A stretch of DNA of 36,763 nucleotides from Methanothrix sp. GTDB lineage: Archaea > Halobacteriota > Methanosarcinia > Methanotrichales > Methanotrichaceae. Both the position numbers and the translations under genes were made by a program. The stretch is from the NCBI GenBank assembly GCA_028708055.1, contig JAQVZT010000001.1:1-36763 (forward strand), in the 5' to 3' direction. The notes under the pieces are model-generated. The model saw only the letters and a program-made list of their open reading frames with translations, was not told the DNA's origin and made no database searches. This document shows, piece by piece, positions 1-8,253 of this stretch (within the stretch, counting starts at the first letter, position 1; the number at the start of each line of letters is the position of its first letter).

Positions 1-762
1 GCCGGGGGCATCAGGAAGCTCGGGCAGGTAACGGGCCTTGGTTATCACCTCAGAGTAGTCGTAGCCGTCGATGTGCTTTACCCCGGGCAGGTGAACCGGC
101 CCGCAGGTGAACATGCGATCCCTGTACTCCTCTCTGGGGATCAGGAAGCAGTTGGAGGTTCCCAGAAGGGCCATCGGATACTTGGCGAAGAGCTTCTTCT
201 GGTCAAACCAGGCTTTGCCCAGGTTCCCTGCCAGATTTTTGTGCTTGCGCAGGCCTGGATAGCCATGTGCGGGCAGCATCTCAGAGTGGGTGTAGACGAA
301 GACGTCCGTTCCCTCCACCTGAGCGAGGAGCATGTCCAGAGCATGCAGATCGTGGCCGGTGACCAGAATGCCGTGGCCCTTAACAGTGCCGGTCCGAACC
401 TGGGCGGGCGTGGGCTCGCCGAAGGCATCGATATGGGCCTTCTTGAGAAGCTGCATGGCCCGGATGTTCATCCTCCCCGCTTCCACTGCTAGGTTCAGAA
501 ACTCCTGGGGATCGAAGTTCACATTGGTAAGGGTCGAGAAGAATCCCCGTTCAATGAAGGCATCAACCTCCGGATCGGTGTAGCCCAGCTCCCTGGCATG
601 GTAGAGATAGGCGCTGATGCCTTTGATGGCAAAGAGCAGGTTGTCCTGTAGACGGGCGATGGTCGCTTCCTTTCCACAGACTCCTCTGACGGTGCAGCCG
701 GTGCCCCCCGCGGTTTGGGAGCACTGGTAGCAGAACATATCGGGCTTTTCAATTGCAGCCAT
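1..762 (-). CDS. hcp: Hybrid cluster protein / hydroxylamine reductase (5' part; runs off the window edge)
   Basis: Not in the ORF track. Hand translation from ATG 762 gives [43 protein letters not shown]...TLTNVNFD, the Hcp N-terminal C-x2-C-x8-C-x5-C cluster motif. GGAGG SD upstream. Confidence 0.95.
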   Translation of the reverse strand, partial: MAAIEKPDMFCYQCSQTAGGTGCTVRGVCGKEATIARLQDNLLFAIKGISAYLYHARELGYTDPEVDAFIERGFFSTLTNVNFDPQEFLNLAVEAGRMNIRAMQLLKKAHIDAFGEPTPAQVRTGTVKGHGILVTGHDLHALDMLLAQVEGTDVFVYTHSEMLPAHGYPGLRKHKNLAGNLGKAWFDQKKLFAKYPMALLGTSNCFLIPREEYRDRMFTCGPVHLPGVKHIDGYDYSEVITKARYLPELPDAPG

Positions 763-932
763 TTTCTTATATCCTCCAATTTGCTTCTTTTAATTTTCGC
801 TAACATTTTCCATGAAGTCGCTTGAATGCCGGCATGGGCAGCTCTCTCGATAATCGGCTTACTGCGATCTGCTAGCGGTCCGGCGATCTTCGCAAGTCTT
901 CTTTTTCACTTCGTCTATTTGTGCAACTAATC

Positions 933-959
933 ACTATGGTATCAATTGGATACTAAAGT
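933..959. promoter_or_regulatory. Inverted repeat, candidate HxlR-family operator between hcp and hxlR
   Basis: ACT-ATG-GTATC-AATTG-GATAC-TAA-AGT palindrome in the divergent intergenic region. Confidence 0.55.
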
Positions 960-990
960 ATTTAGCCTAGAGCGTTTCTACAAAGATACC

Positions 991-1350
991 ATGCAGGAAG
1001 GATGCACTGTAAACCAGACCGTAAGATACATAGCCCGAAAATGGACGCTGCTTATTCTTCTGGAGCTTTATAAGGGCCAGGGGCACACCAGGCGCTTCTC
1101 TGAGCTGAAGAGCTGCCTCTTCGGCATCACCCAGAAGGTGCTTTCGGCCCGTTTGCAGGAGCTGGAGAAGGAGGGCCTCGTGGTGAACAGAGTGGACAGC
1201 ACCACCTTTCCTGTGAAGAGCGAGTACACGCTCACCGAGAGCGGCCTGGAGATCATCGAGATCATCAAGGATATGAAGAGATGGGCTCTGAAGTGGAAGA
1301 TCTCCAACATTGAGTGCGGCAGCCAGGACTGCTTCCAGTGTGTGCTATGA
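991..1350 (+). CDS. HxlR/DUF24-family winged-helix regulator with N-terminal Cys and C-terminal Cys cluster
   Basis: GCTV...KWTLLILLEL...RRFSELK...ITQKVLSARLQELEKEGLV...YTLTESG; ATG 991 preferred over TTG 946. Confidence 0.9.
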   Translation: MQEGCTVNQTVRYIARKWTLLILLELYKGQGHTRRFSELKSCLFGITQKVLSARLQELEKEGLVVNRVDSTTFPVKSEYTLTESGLEIIEIIKDMKRWALKWKISNIECGSQDCFQCVL

Positions 1351-1400
1351 AGAAAGAAAACGGAAAGGACTCGCTCATCTCCGCCGGCTTGCTCTTGCCA

Positions 1401-1862
1401 TTATCGTTGCCCCCGGCCATCTGAAGGCGGCATTATTCCCAGCTGCCTCATCAGTCCCAGCAAATTGGCCTCGCCCCATAGCTCTGCAATCCTGCCGTTC
1501 TCGATGCGAAAGATCTCGATTCCCGTCATGGTTATGCTCCGTCCTGTGGCAGACTGGCCCATGAAAGCGCCCCGATGAATTCCCCGGGCGACAAAGCGGG
1601 CCGCAACCCGATCCCCTTCAGCGACCATATCTTCTAGGGTGACATCGATGTGCTCAAAAGCTGCCCGGCAGGCTGAGATCACCTCAATTATTCCCTGAAT
1701 GCCCGGCGAGCAGGGAAGGGGTACGTGCAGAGCAAAGTCCTCCGCCAGAAGATCACGGGCTGCCTTCAGGTCTCCCCGGGAGGGACCGACCTCAAAGAAG
1801 CGGCGAACCAGGGCCTTGTTCTCATTCTCATCTACTGCATCTGCGGACACAAAGGCAACCAC
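1401..1862 (-). CDS. SnoaL-like ester cyclase (NTF2 fold)
   Basis: ENKALVRRFF...DMVAEGDRVAARF...G.H.G.FMG..ATGR...GRIAELW; start uncertain. Confidence 0.85.
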   Translation of the reverse strand: MVAFVSADAVDENENKALVRRFFEVGPSRGDLKAARDLLAEDFALHVPLPCSPGIQGIIEVISACRAAFEHIDVTLEDMVAEGDRVAARFVARGIHRGAFMGQSATGRSITMTGIEIFRIENGRIAELWGEANLLGLMRQLGIMPPSDGRGQR

Positions 1863-1873
1863 CTACAGACCAC

Positions 1874-2212
1874 CTACAGCATCCTGGTGGCCTCTTTGGG
1901 CCGGGGGGTCTTTATAACGAGTATTCGAAGCGGCTTATCGCTCTCGTTGATCCAGCGGTGGGCAATCCTGGCGGGGCTCTCGATCAATGTATCCTCATCA
2001 ACCTGCGACCGCTCCTCGCCTATCTCCACCACGCCCCTTCCTTGCAGAACGTAGAAGACCACATCTACCGGAGTGATGTGTTTTTTCAGGGCTTCTCCCG
2101 GCTGCAGGGTGATATGCACCACCTGGGCATTCTCCGTATCGCTGAGGCTTCGGGCATCCACTTCGTGCGGATTGGGCTTGCTAGCCACATCTTTTACCTT
2201 GACGGCTTTCAA
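1874..2212 (-). CDS. Cupin-domain protein
   Basis: LQPGEALKKHITPVDVVFYVLQGRG...PARIAHRWIN; TTG start. Confidence 0.85.
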   Translation of the reverse strand: MKAVKVKDVASKPNPHEVDARSLSDTENAQVVHITLQPGEALKKHITPVDVVFYVLQGRGVVEIGEERSQVDEDTLIESPARIAHRWINESDKPLRILVIKTPRPKEATRML

Positions 2213-2422
2213 TTGGAATCACTCCAACTATCCTCGGTTTCAGCTGTTAAACAATCAATTGCAGAATATATAACATCAAGGGTTTCCTCAAGCATACTAA
2301 ATAAAGCGGATGCACCAGATCAATGGAAATGTTGGTCCAAGTAATAAACAAAGATATTGCGGCTTCCTCTGGCTGACTGCATGCAAATGACATGGCAGAA
2401 CAAATAAGTGGTTTTCCAAATC

Positions 2423-3538
2423 CTAGCGCAGCCATTTCACTACTTCCGATCCGTACTTGTTTATGAGCCTTAGTGGCCGGATGAGGCTGTATAGCGGAAA
2501 TAGAGAGCTTGGAAGATCAATGCTAGCCCAATCCTCCTGGGTAGGCAATACTGCTCGGTATACGTAGTATCTGAATTTATCCCGTTTTCTCTCTCTGCTA
2601 CGGATGTAAAACCGCTCAATATGAGGATCTGTATGGATAAATTTTTCAAAGATCCGATCTTTCACATCTTTGGCAAGAGGATGGATGTTTTTATCGCCTG
2701 CAAATAAATGCAGCTCAGGCACATCCATTCCCAGAAAATCTCTTGCTAAAGAGACGGCAAGATGAGTAGATCTCAATATTCCAAGTGATTTGGCTCTATC
2801 AAGAATCTCTTGCCAGTCCAATTCCGATTGACAAAGCCTTGCTATATCACAGATCCACTCTAATCTGCTCCAATAGTGCCTTGCTCCATGCTCAGAGAGA
2901 ACAAGCATGGTATCTTCTCGAGAAAGTGTTAATACATCTTGACCGAATGCATTGATGACATCTGCCCTTTCAAAGAGATCGGATACACTGAGGGCAAATG
3001 AATATATTTTTGGAGCAATTTTCCAGTGAACTTCCAAAATAGTTCCAAGTTTTTTGTTAAAAAATTGACAGTGGTGCTGTGATTCAAGGAATGCAGACTC
3101 TTGTAGCGGACTGAGCCTATCTACCAACGCGTAACCATTCTCAAGTAATGCCACTTTAGCAAGAGGGTAGTCTTCTACGTTGATCAGCAAATCTAGGTCA
3201 TCAAACTGCCGGGAAGATAAATTTCCGTAGGTCTGAAACGCAAGAACCGGCCCTTTGAATGGTATGGCCGCAACTGGTAGGATCGCGAGAATTCTTTTCA
3301 ATTCCCCGGCAAGCTTCAAGCTGTTCAGGGCGTTACAATCATATTGTTCTCTAAGAGCCACAGGCATCTGCTGCGATCTCATTGCCTGAAATAGGTGCGG
3401 GATCACTCTATGCCTGAAAGCAGTCTCCAGTATGGCATCCCAGTTAAGGCACGAATCGATCTGCAATTCCTGATCTTGCTGGAAATTCGATCGCAGGCAA
3501 TCCAAAATGAATTGGCTTTCAGGGCTATAACGGCTCAT
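2423..3538 (-). CDS. Nucleotidyltransferase family protein (NTP_transf_5-like), lasso-cluster tailoring enzyme
   Basis: FKGPVLA...Y...RQFDDLDLLI, LEVHW, H..RH...RLEWICDI motifs; overlaps the kinase stop. Confidence 0.85.
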   Translation of the reverse strand: MSRYSPESQFILDCLRSNFQQDQELQIDSCLNWDAILETAFRHRVIPHLFQAMRSQQMPVALREQYDCNALNSLKLAGELKRILAILPVAAIPFKGPVLAFQTYGNLSSRQFDDLDLLINVEDYPLAKVALLENGYALVDRLSPLQESAFLESQHHCQFFNKKLGTILEVHWKIAPKIYSFALSVSDLFERADVINAFGQDVLTLSREDTMLVLSEHGARHYWSRLEWICDIARLCQSELDWQEILDRAKSLGILRSTHLAVSLARDFLGMDVPELHLFAGDKNIHPLAKDVKDRIFEKFIHTDPHIERFYIRSRERKRDKFRYYVYRAVLPTQEDWASIDLPSSLFPLYSLIRPLRLINKYGSEVVKWLR

Positions 3539-4433
3539 TGTCCAAGTCCCTTTTCACTAGTTCAATCAGGCCGAATAAATAGTTCAGTGAGCCTGCTCGA
3601 TATAGCCTCTTTACCGGCACTGTGCTTATGAGCTTTGTGCAGCCCCTGAGATGCTCCGGCGCTCCTCCAGCTCTAATCATTCCTATTGTGTAGTAGTTAT
3701 TGATAATCTCCAGAAAAGAGTCCTGAGGGGCCAGAGATTCCAGACAGTTCCCGTCACCCTCCTTTAAAACGTATATCCTTTTCAATGGAATGCTTCTTTC
3801 CAGAAATCCTCCAAGCGCGCTATAAACTCGCTTATCTTCTTCAGGCCCTGTCCTGAGCATAGGCTCGGGGTCTAGGTCTAGGCCTAGGTATTGAGCTGAC
3901 TTGGGCAGCAATCTGATACTATGCAACCCAGGCAGCACGACCGGTCCGCTTGTCGGTGACGGGGCTGGAAAGTCTATGGCTACTATCTCGTCAGACAGTA
4001 CACGAAATCCATTTAAGTGCATAGCAGCTGCTATTGTGGACTTGCCTGCGCCTGGGTTGCCCATGAATATTGCCGCTCTCTCTTTCCAGGCCACCGCACT
4101 GGCATGAAATACTTTTAGCCCTCTTTGCTGGAGCACAGATGCCATTGCAGCATTGATAATAAAAAAGCGTATGCGATTCCAATCTGCATGAGGTAGTGGA
4201 CTAATAATTATCTCGCGGCCCTGTTTAACGGTGACAGCTCCGACATCTTTTATATCAAACTGAATTTCGTCCTTGGTCGCCCTGAAAAATGAGCCGATCG
4301 CCTTGATCTCTCCAGATAGATCTGCTTTTCCGACGCGTATGTCCACATCGCAACCGTTTCCGCCTTCTTTCAATTCTGGAAGTGCAATCTCTGATTTCAA
4401 GCTAAGGCCAAAGGCCGTGAAACTATAAGCCAT
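3525..4433 (-). CDS. HPr-kinase-like lasso peptide kinase
   Basis: FHASAV, Walker A GNPGAGKST, LSDE; lies directly downstream of the precursor as in paeninodin-type clusters. Confidence 0.85.
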   Translation of the reverse strand: MAYSFTAFGLSLKSEIALPELKEGGNGCDVDIRVGKADLSGEIKAIGSFFRATKDEIQFDIKDVGAVTVKQGREIIISPLPHADWNRIRFFIINAAMASVLQQRGLKVFHASAVAWKERAAIFMGNPGAGKSTIAAAMHLNGFRVLSDEIVAIDFPAPSPTSGPVVLPGLHSIRLLPKSAQYLGLDLDPEPMLRTGPEEDKRVYSALGGFLERSIPLKRIYVLKEGDGNCLESLAPQDSFLEIINNYYTIGMIRAGGAPEHLRGCTKLISTVPVKRLYRAGSLNYLFGLIELVKRDLDNEPL

Positions 4434-4474
4434 TTTCTTCCAAAAGCAAAGCTAGAGCATCCAAGCCAAATATA

Positions 4475-4489
4475 AATAAGGGGCTTATT
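4475..4489. other. Short hairpin downstream of the precursor gene
   Basis: AATAAG-GGG-CTTATT. Confidence 0.35.
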
Positions 4490-4519
4490 CCTTCAGTTTT
4501 TAGGACTTGTATTGAGATT

Positions 4520-4633
4520 CTATCGATAGGGGGACGAACCCTCGTTATCTGCTTTGCCAGGTGCTTTTGTTATCTTCGTCATTTCCACAAGAGACCCATG
4601 CACTGTAATCTTCGGTTTATTGTATTCTTTCAT
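4520..4633 (-). CDS. Lasso peptide precursor, 37 aa: MKEYNKPKITVHGSLVEMTK-ITKAPGKADNEGSSPYR
   Basis: Hand-translated. GGAGG SD upstream. Leader YxxPxI (YNKPKI) plus G-x5-T (GSLVEMT); Asp at core position 9; sits between cyclase and kinase. Confidence 0.92.
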   Translation of the reverse strand: MKEYNKPKITVHGSLVEMTKITKAPGKADNEGSSPYR

Positions 4634-4652
4634 ATAATCGCCCTCCTAGATT

Positions 4653-4670
4653 TGATTGAGCTGCCAATCA
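4653..4670. other. Inverted repeat just upstream of the precursor SD
   Basis: TGATTG-AGCTGC-CAATCA. Confidence 0.35.
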
Positions 4671-4718
4671 CAGCTGTTTGCATAGTTGCCCATCCGAATG
4701 CATATTATTCTTTCGGTA

Positions 4719-6596
4719 CTATCTCAGTTCAGTTGCCTCTCTTTCCCGTCTGTTCAGCCATAAAGCCAGGTTGGCAACCGCCCAGAGGTACATAGTATCT
4801 CCAAAGTTCTCGGATCGCATTTGGCTGCATAAATCCGTGAATTTATCGAAGCTGGCATAATTCCAAACTGAATGATTATTCGCGGTGGCGATATCATTGA
4901 GGAGATCACCATCGACGGATATTATCCTCTGATCGAAATTGGAGCTCAGATCGGCCTTATCGCCTCTCATCCTCACCTTTTCCGGCAAAATCCCCTCCAG
5001 TGCTGCTCTCATGATCCAGCGGGAATAACCCTGTCTTAACCTCTGATCAGAAGGCAGGGCCAAACAGAACTCTACAACCCGCTTGTCGAAAAAGGGATGG
5101 CCGTACTGCACAGAGAACGCTCCTGCAATATGATCCGCCACTTCCAGGAGGTATTGCAGAAATCCATCCTCCAATGTCATTAGCATATCTTCTTGCGAGG
5201 TTCGAGGCATCGTGTATTTGACATTGAGCTTGTTTTTCAGGTTGATTCTTTTTGCGAAATCTCGATTGAAGTTGGGTTCCGCACAGTCATATTCAGTATG
5301 CTTTCGAATCTTTTTATAAATGCGCGCAAACCATGCCGGTGCCAGGGGTGCAATGCATCTGGACCAGACCAATTTACCGGGCGATATTCTCGAAGTTTTT
5401 TTTATACCATTTAGTTCCCTGCACAGATCAATCCAATTCAAAGACCTGAACATCTCTTCCAGAAGGAAGAAACCATGCGATACGACAGTATCCCCATCAA
5501 ATCCATCCAGAAGCACTCGGATACCTGACAGTCCTGCCGCCTGGCAAATCGCCCTTTTCCAGAAAAGGTTTGGCATCCAGTAAGGCTCATCCAATTCATC
5601 AAATATCCGATCTATATCGCTAAAGGGGCTTAACCGATCCGCTCTGATGAAGTGAGGCTGCATATTCCCCTTAGAAAGCACCTCATTTATGTAGAGCGTT
5701 TCATCGCATTTAGGGGCGTCAGGAAATATGGCAGAATATGTATGCAAGACCTTGCCTTGTTCGAACAGGGCAAGACTTGCCAGACTGCATATCGATGAGG
5801 AGTCCAGCCCTCCGCTGAGTGTTGAGCCTATCGAGAAAGCTGAGCGTATTCTGCATCTAACAGCTTCCTGAAATATCCTCAGAAACTCTCGAGCATAATC
5901 TTGATCGGACGAAAGCCGAATTGTTCTAGTTGGATCCAGTCGCCAATATCTTACCGGCTTGCCAGGCAGCATTAGAAAATGGGCTGCAGGCAGCCTTTTT
6001 ATCTCTTTGTAAATGGTAATTTCTCGATCGCTTAAGGTTGCTGCCAGGTAATTAGCCACCATTTCTTCGTTGATGGTCTTGCGAACCTCAGGCAGGACAA
6101 GCAAGGCTTTTATCTCGGAGGAAAATGCGAAGATCTCCTTGCCTTGATCCAGGCCGCGATAGTAATAGAGTGGCCTGACGCCCATATGATCTCGTGCGCA
6201 GAATAACCTCTTTTTCTTATCATCCCATATAGCAAACGCATAGTCCCCTAAAAGCTCTTTTGGACAGTGCTCACCCCAGCAATGATAGGCTCTCAATATG
6301 ATCCTGCAATCTGGTGTATCCTTGGAAAGATCCAGCTTCTTCAATAAAATCTCGCGATTATCTATTCTGGCATCAGCCACTATGGTTAAATGGCATTCAG
6401 TATAGGGTTGATACTCATCGCGTGACTCTGGCGTTGTGCAGAGCATAGCCTGGCATAGTCCGATATTGCCCTGAATAAAAGTATCACACCGATCCGGTCC
6501 CCTATGTATCATGCTCTGTATCATTTTTTCCAATATGACGCGGGAAACGGTTTGGGCGTCTGAATAGCAAATGCCACAAATAGCGCTCATAGTCAT
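4719..6596 (-). CDS. Lasso peptide cyclase (C protein, asparagine synthetase-like)
   Basis: N-terminus MSAICG (alternative ATG 6590) lacks the Cys1 nucleophile of true AsnB; HRGPD, ARDHMGVRPLYY, LSGGLDSS PP-loop, PFFDKRVVEF. Confidence 0.92.
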   Translation of the reverse strand: MTMSAICGICYSDAQTVSRVILEKMIQSMIHRGPDRCDTFIQGNIGLCQAMLCTTPESRDEYQPYTECHLTIVADARIDNREILLKKLDLSKDTPDCRIILRAYHCWGEHCPKELLGDYAFAIWDDKKKRLFCARDHMGVRPLYYYRGLDQGKEIFAFSSEIKALLVLPEVRKTINEEMVANYLAATLSDREITIYKEIKRLPAAHFLMLPGKPVRYWRLDPTRTIRLSSDQDYAREFLRIFQEAVRCRIRSAFSIGSTLSGGLDSSSICSLASLALFEQGKVLHTYSAIFPDAPKCDETLYINEVLSKGNMQPHFIRADRLSPFSDIDRIFDELDEPYWMPNLFWKRAICQAAGLSGIRVLLDGFDGDTVVSHGFFLLEEMFRSLNWIDLCRELNGIKKTSRISPGKLVWSRCIAPLAPAWFARIYKKIRKHTEYDCAEPNFNRDFAKRINLKNKLNVKYTMPRTSQEDMLMTLEDGFLQYLLEVADHIAGAFSVQYGHPFFDKRVVEFCLALPSDQRLRQGYSRWIMRAALEGILPEKVRMRGDKADLSSNFDQRIISVDGDLLNDIATANNHSVWNYASFDKFTDLCSQMRSENFGDTMYLWAVANLALWLNRREREATELR

Positions 6597-7006
6597 TCCA
6601 AAACATAAATTGGATTATAATATTGGTCACTCTCGCCCAGAATGATCTCTCCGTTATGCTCTATCCAGGCATGAGCCGCAAATCCATTGCAGGAGTTGAC
6701 GCCTATCCTGAGAGTTGAATCGTAACCATTCCTGGCTAAAAGCATCTTGGCCGCCAGGGCTTTGGTCAAGCATGATGCCCCCATAACATACTGGCTGGCC
6801 ACATCTACCGATTGCACTATATCTTCTACCAGCAGCCTGTCGCCCCTTTGGGCCACCTTAATTGAAGATACCGTTTTTCTTACTGACGGATAAGGAAGAA
6901 GCCATAGCTTTATCCTCATGGACCAGAGAATTGCCAACGCAATGATCAAGCACTTCTTCTTCCAATACGGCAGTTCCAGGAATTTAATTAACCTCAATGA
7001 GGCCAT
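6593..7006 (-). CDS. Lasso peptide leader peptidase B2 (transglutaminase-like)
   Basis: SCLTKALA...LRIGV...AHAWIE Cys/His catalytic motifs. Confidence 0.92.
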   Translation of the reverse strand: MASLRLIKFLELPYWKKKCLIIALAILWSMRIKLWLLPYPSVRKTVSSIKVAQRGDRLLVEDIVQSVDVASQYVMGASCLTKALAAKMLLARNGYDSTLRIGVNSCNGFAAHAWIEHNGEIILGESDQYYNPIYVLE

Positions 7007-7259
7007 AGGATTCCATATTTGTGAAGAAATCGATCATGTCGTTGGCGCAATTCTCTTTATCGATGCTATATTCAGCGGTTATGGCATTTACTACCTGCTC
7101 AATCGTCGCTTCATCCTGTACGAGCTTCCATATAGCAGCTCCAATAGGGTCCAGGCCGTAATAGATCCCTGTTCTTACATTAAGCACTACAGCCTCCTCG
7201 GCCATGTCGCAGGAAACGTGGTCCGAAATAGCTTTGATTGTTGATGCAAGCGTTAGCAT
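6984..7259 (-). CDS. Lasso peptide RRE / PqqD-family B1 protein
   Basis: EAVVLNVRTGIYYGLDPIGAAIWKLV...EY...GLIEV. Confidence 0.92.
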   Translation of the reverse strand: MLTLASTIKAISDHVSCDMAEEAVVLNVRTGIYYGLDPIGAAIWKLVQDEATIEQVVNAITAEYSIDKENCANDMIDFFTNMESYGLIEVN

Positions 7260-7395
7260 ATTGGAAATCTCCGACTGTAAATTCGTAGGCTAAATATAGC
7301 TCAGGTACGTCTTTAATCTTGCGAGATGCAAGTGCATATCATGATGATTTAAAAATTGCACCCGAAAGCATGACATTTATATGAGATAAACGGAC

Positions 7396-8253
7396 ATGAT
7401 ACGCAAGATGGAGCATGAAGGAAAGTTGATAATAAAGCTGGCACCTACTGGTATGATTCCCACTAAGGATCAGACAAAAAATATCCCCATAACTCCAGAG
7501 GAGATCGCAGAAGATACATTCAAGGCTTATAGATTGGGGGCTTCCGTGGTGCATATTCATGCCCGGGATGAACTGGGCAGGCCCACTTATAAAAAAAAAT
7601 TCTTTGCCGAAATCATAAGGAAGATAAGATGCGAATGTCCGGACATAATTATATGCGCCACGACCAGCGGAAGAGTTACACCACAGGTTGAGCATCGTTC
7701 CGAAGTATTGGACTTAGTGCCAGAGATGGCGAGCCTAACGATAGGCTCTTTTAACTTTTTGCATTATCCAAGCGTAAACTCCTTTCAAACCATCAGAGAA
7801 TTGGCCGCAATTATGAATGAAAAAGGGATTGTTCCCGAGCTGGAGATATTCGAATCTGGATTTATAAATACTGCAAAATATCTGGTCAAGAAAGGCGAAC
7901 TGACTGGGCCATTGCATTTTAATCTACTCTTAGGATCACTGGGTAGCATACCGGCAGAGTTAAAAGATCTTGTTTATCTTGTTGACTCTTTGCCGCCGAG
8001 CAGCACCTGGTCCGCCACCGGTATTGGCCGTTTTCAGACCAGGATAAATGCTGCAGCAATATTAATGGGAGGCCATGTCAGAGTAGGCATCGAGGACAGC
8101 ATTTACTACAATTACCCTAAAAAGGAGCTGGCGACCAATGAGGCGTTGGTAAGACGGATCGTAAGGCTCGCCAGGGAGTTGGGTCGAGACATAGCTACGC
8201 CAGATGAAGCGAGGGAGATACTTGGAATCAGAAGGCCGCTGGGATGTATCTAA
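7396..8253 (+). CDS. Beta-keto acid cleavage enzyme (BKACE / Kce-like, DUF849)
   Basis: APTG, HIHAR metal motif, ATTSG, GGHVRVGIEDS, REIATPDEAREILG-like C-terminus. Confidence 0.9.
   Translation: MIRKMEHEGKLIIKLAPTGMIPTKDQTKNIPITPEEIAEDTFKAYRLGASVVHIHARDELGRPTYKKKFFAEIIRKIRCECPDIIICATTSGRVTPQVEHRSEVLDLVPEMASLTIGSFNFLHYPSVNSFQTIRELAAIMNEKGIVPELEIFESGFINTAKYLVKKGELTGPLHFNLLLGSLGSIPAELKDLVYLVDSLPPSSTWSATGIGRFQTRINAAAILMGGHVRVGIEDSIYYNYPKKELATNEALVRRIVRLARELGRDIATPDEAREILGIRRPLGCI

Noticed and set aside
73-806. ORF-track ORFs 73..492, 141..428, 332..583 and 519..806
   Set aside because: Antisense or off-frame shadows of hcp, which is read from ATG 762.
2213-2435. Second lasso precursor downstream of the nucleotidyltransferase
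   Set aside because: No YxxP leader or SD found; the 62-aa ORF looks spurious.
4719-6596. Housekeeping asparagine synthetase AsnB
   Set aside because: It lacks the N-terminal catalytic Cys and is flanked by B1, B2 and a precursor, so it is a lasso cyclase.
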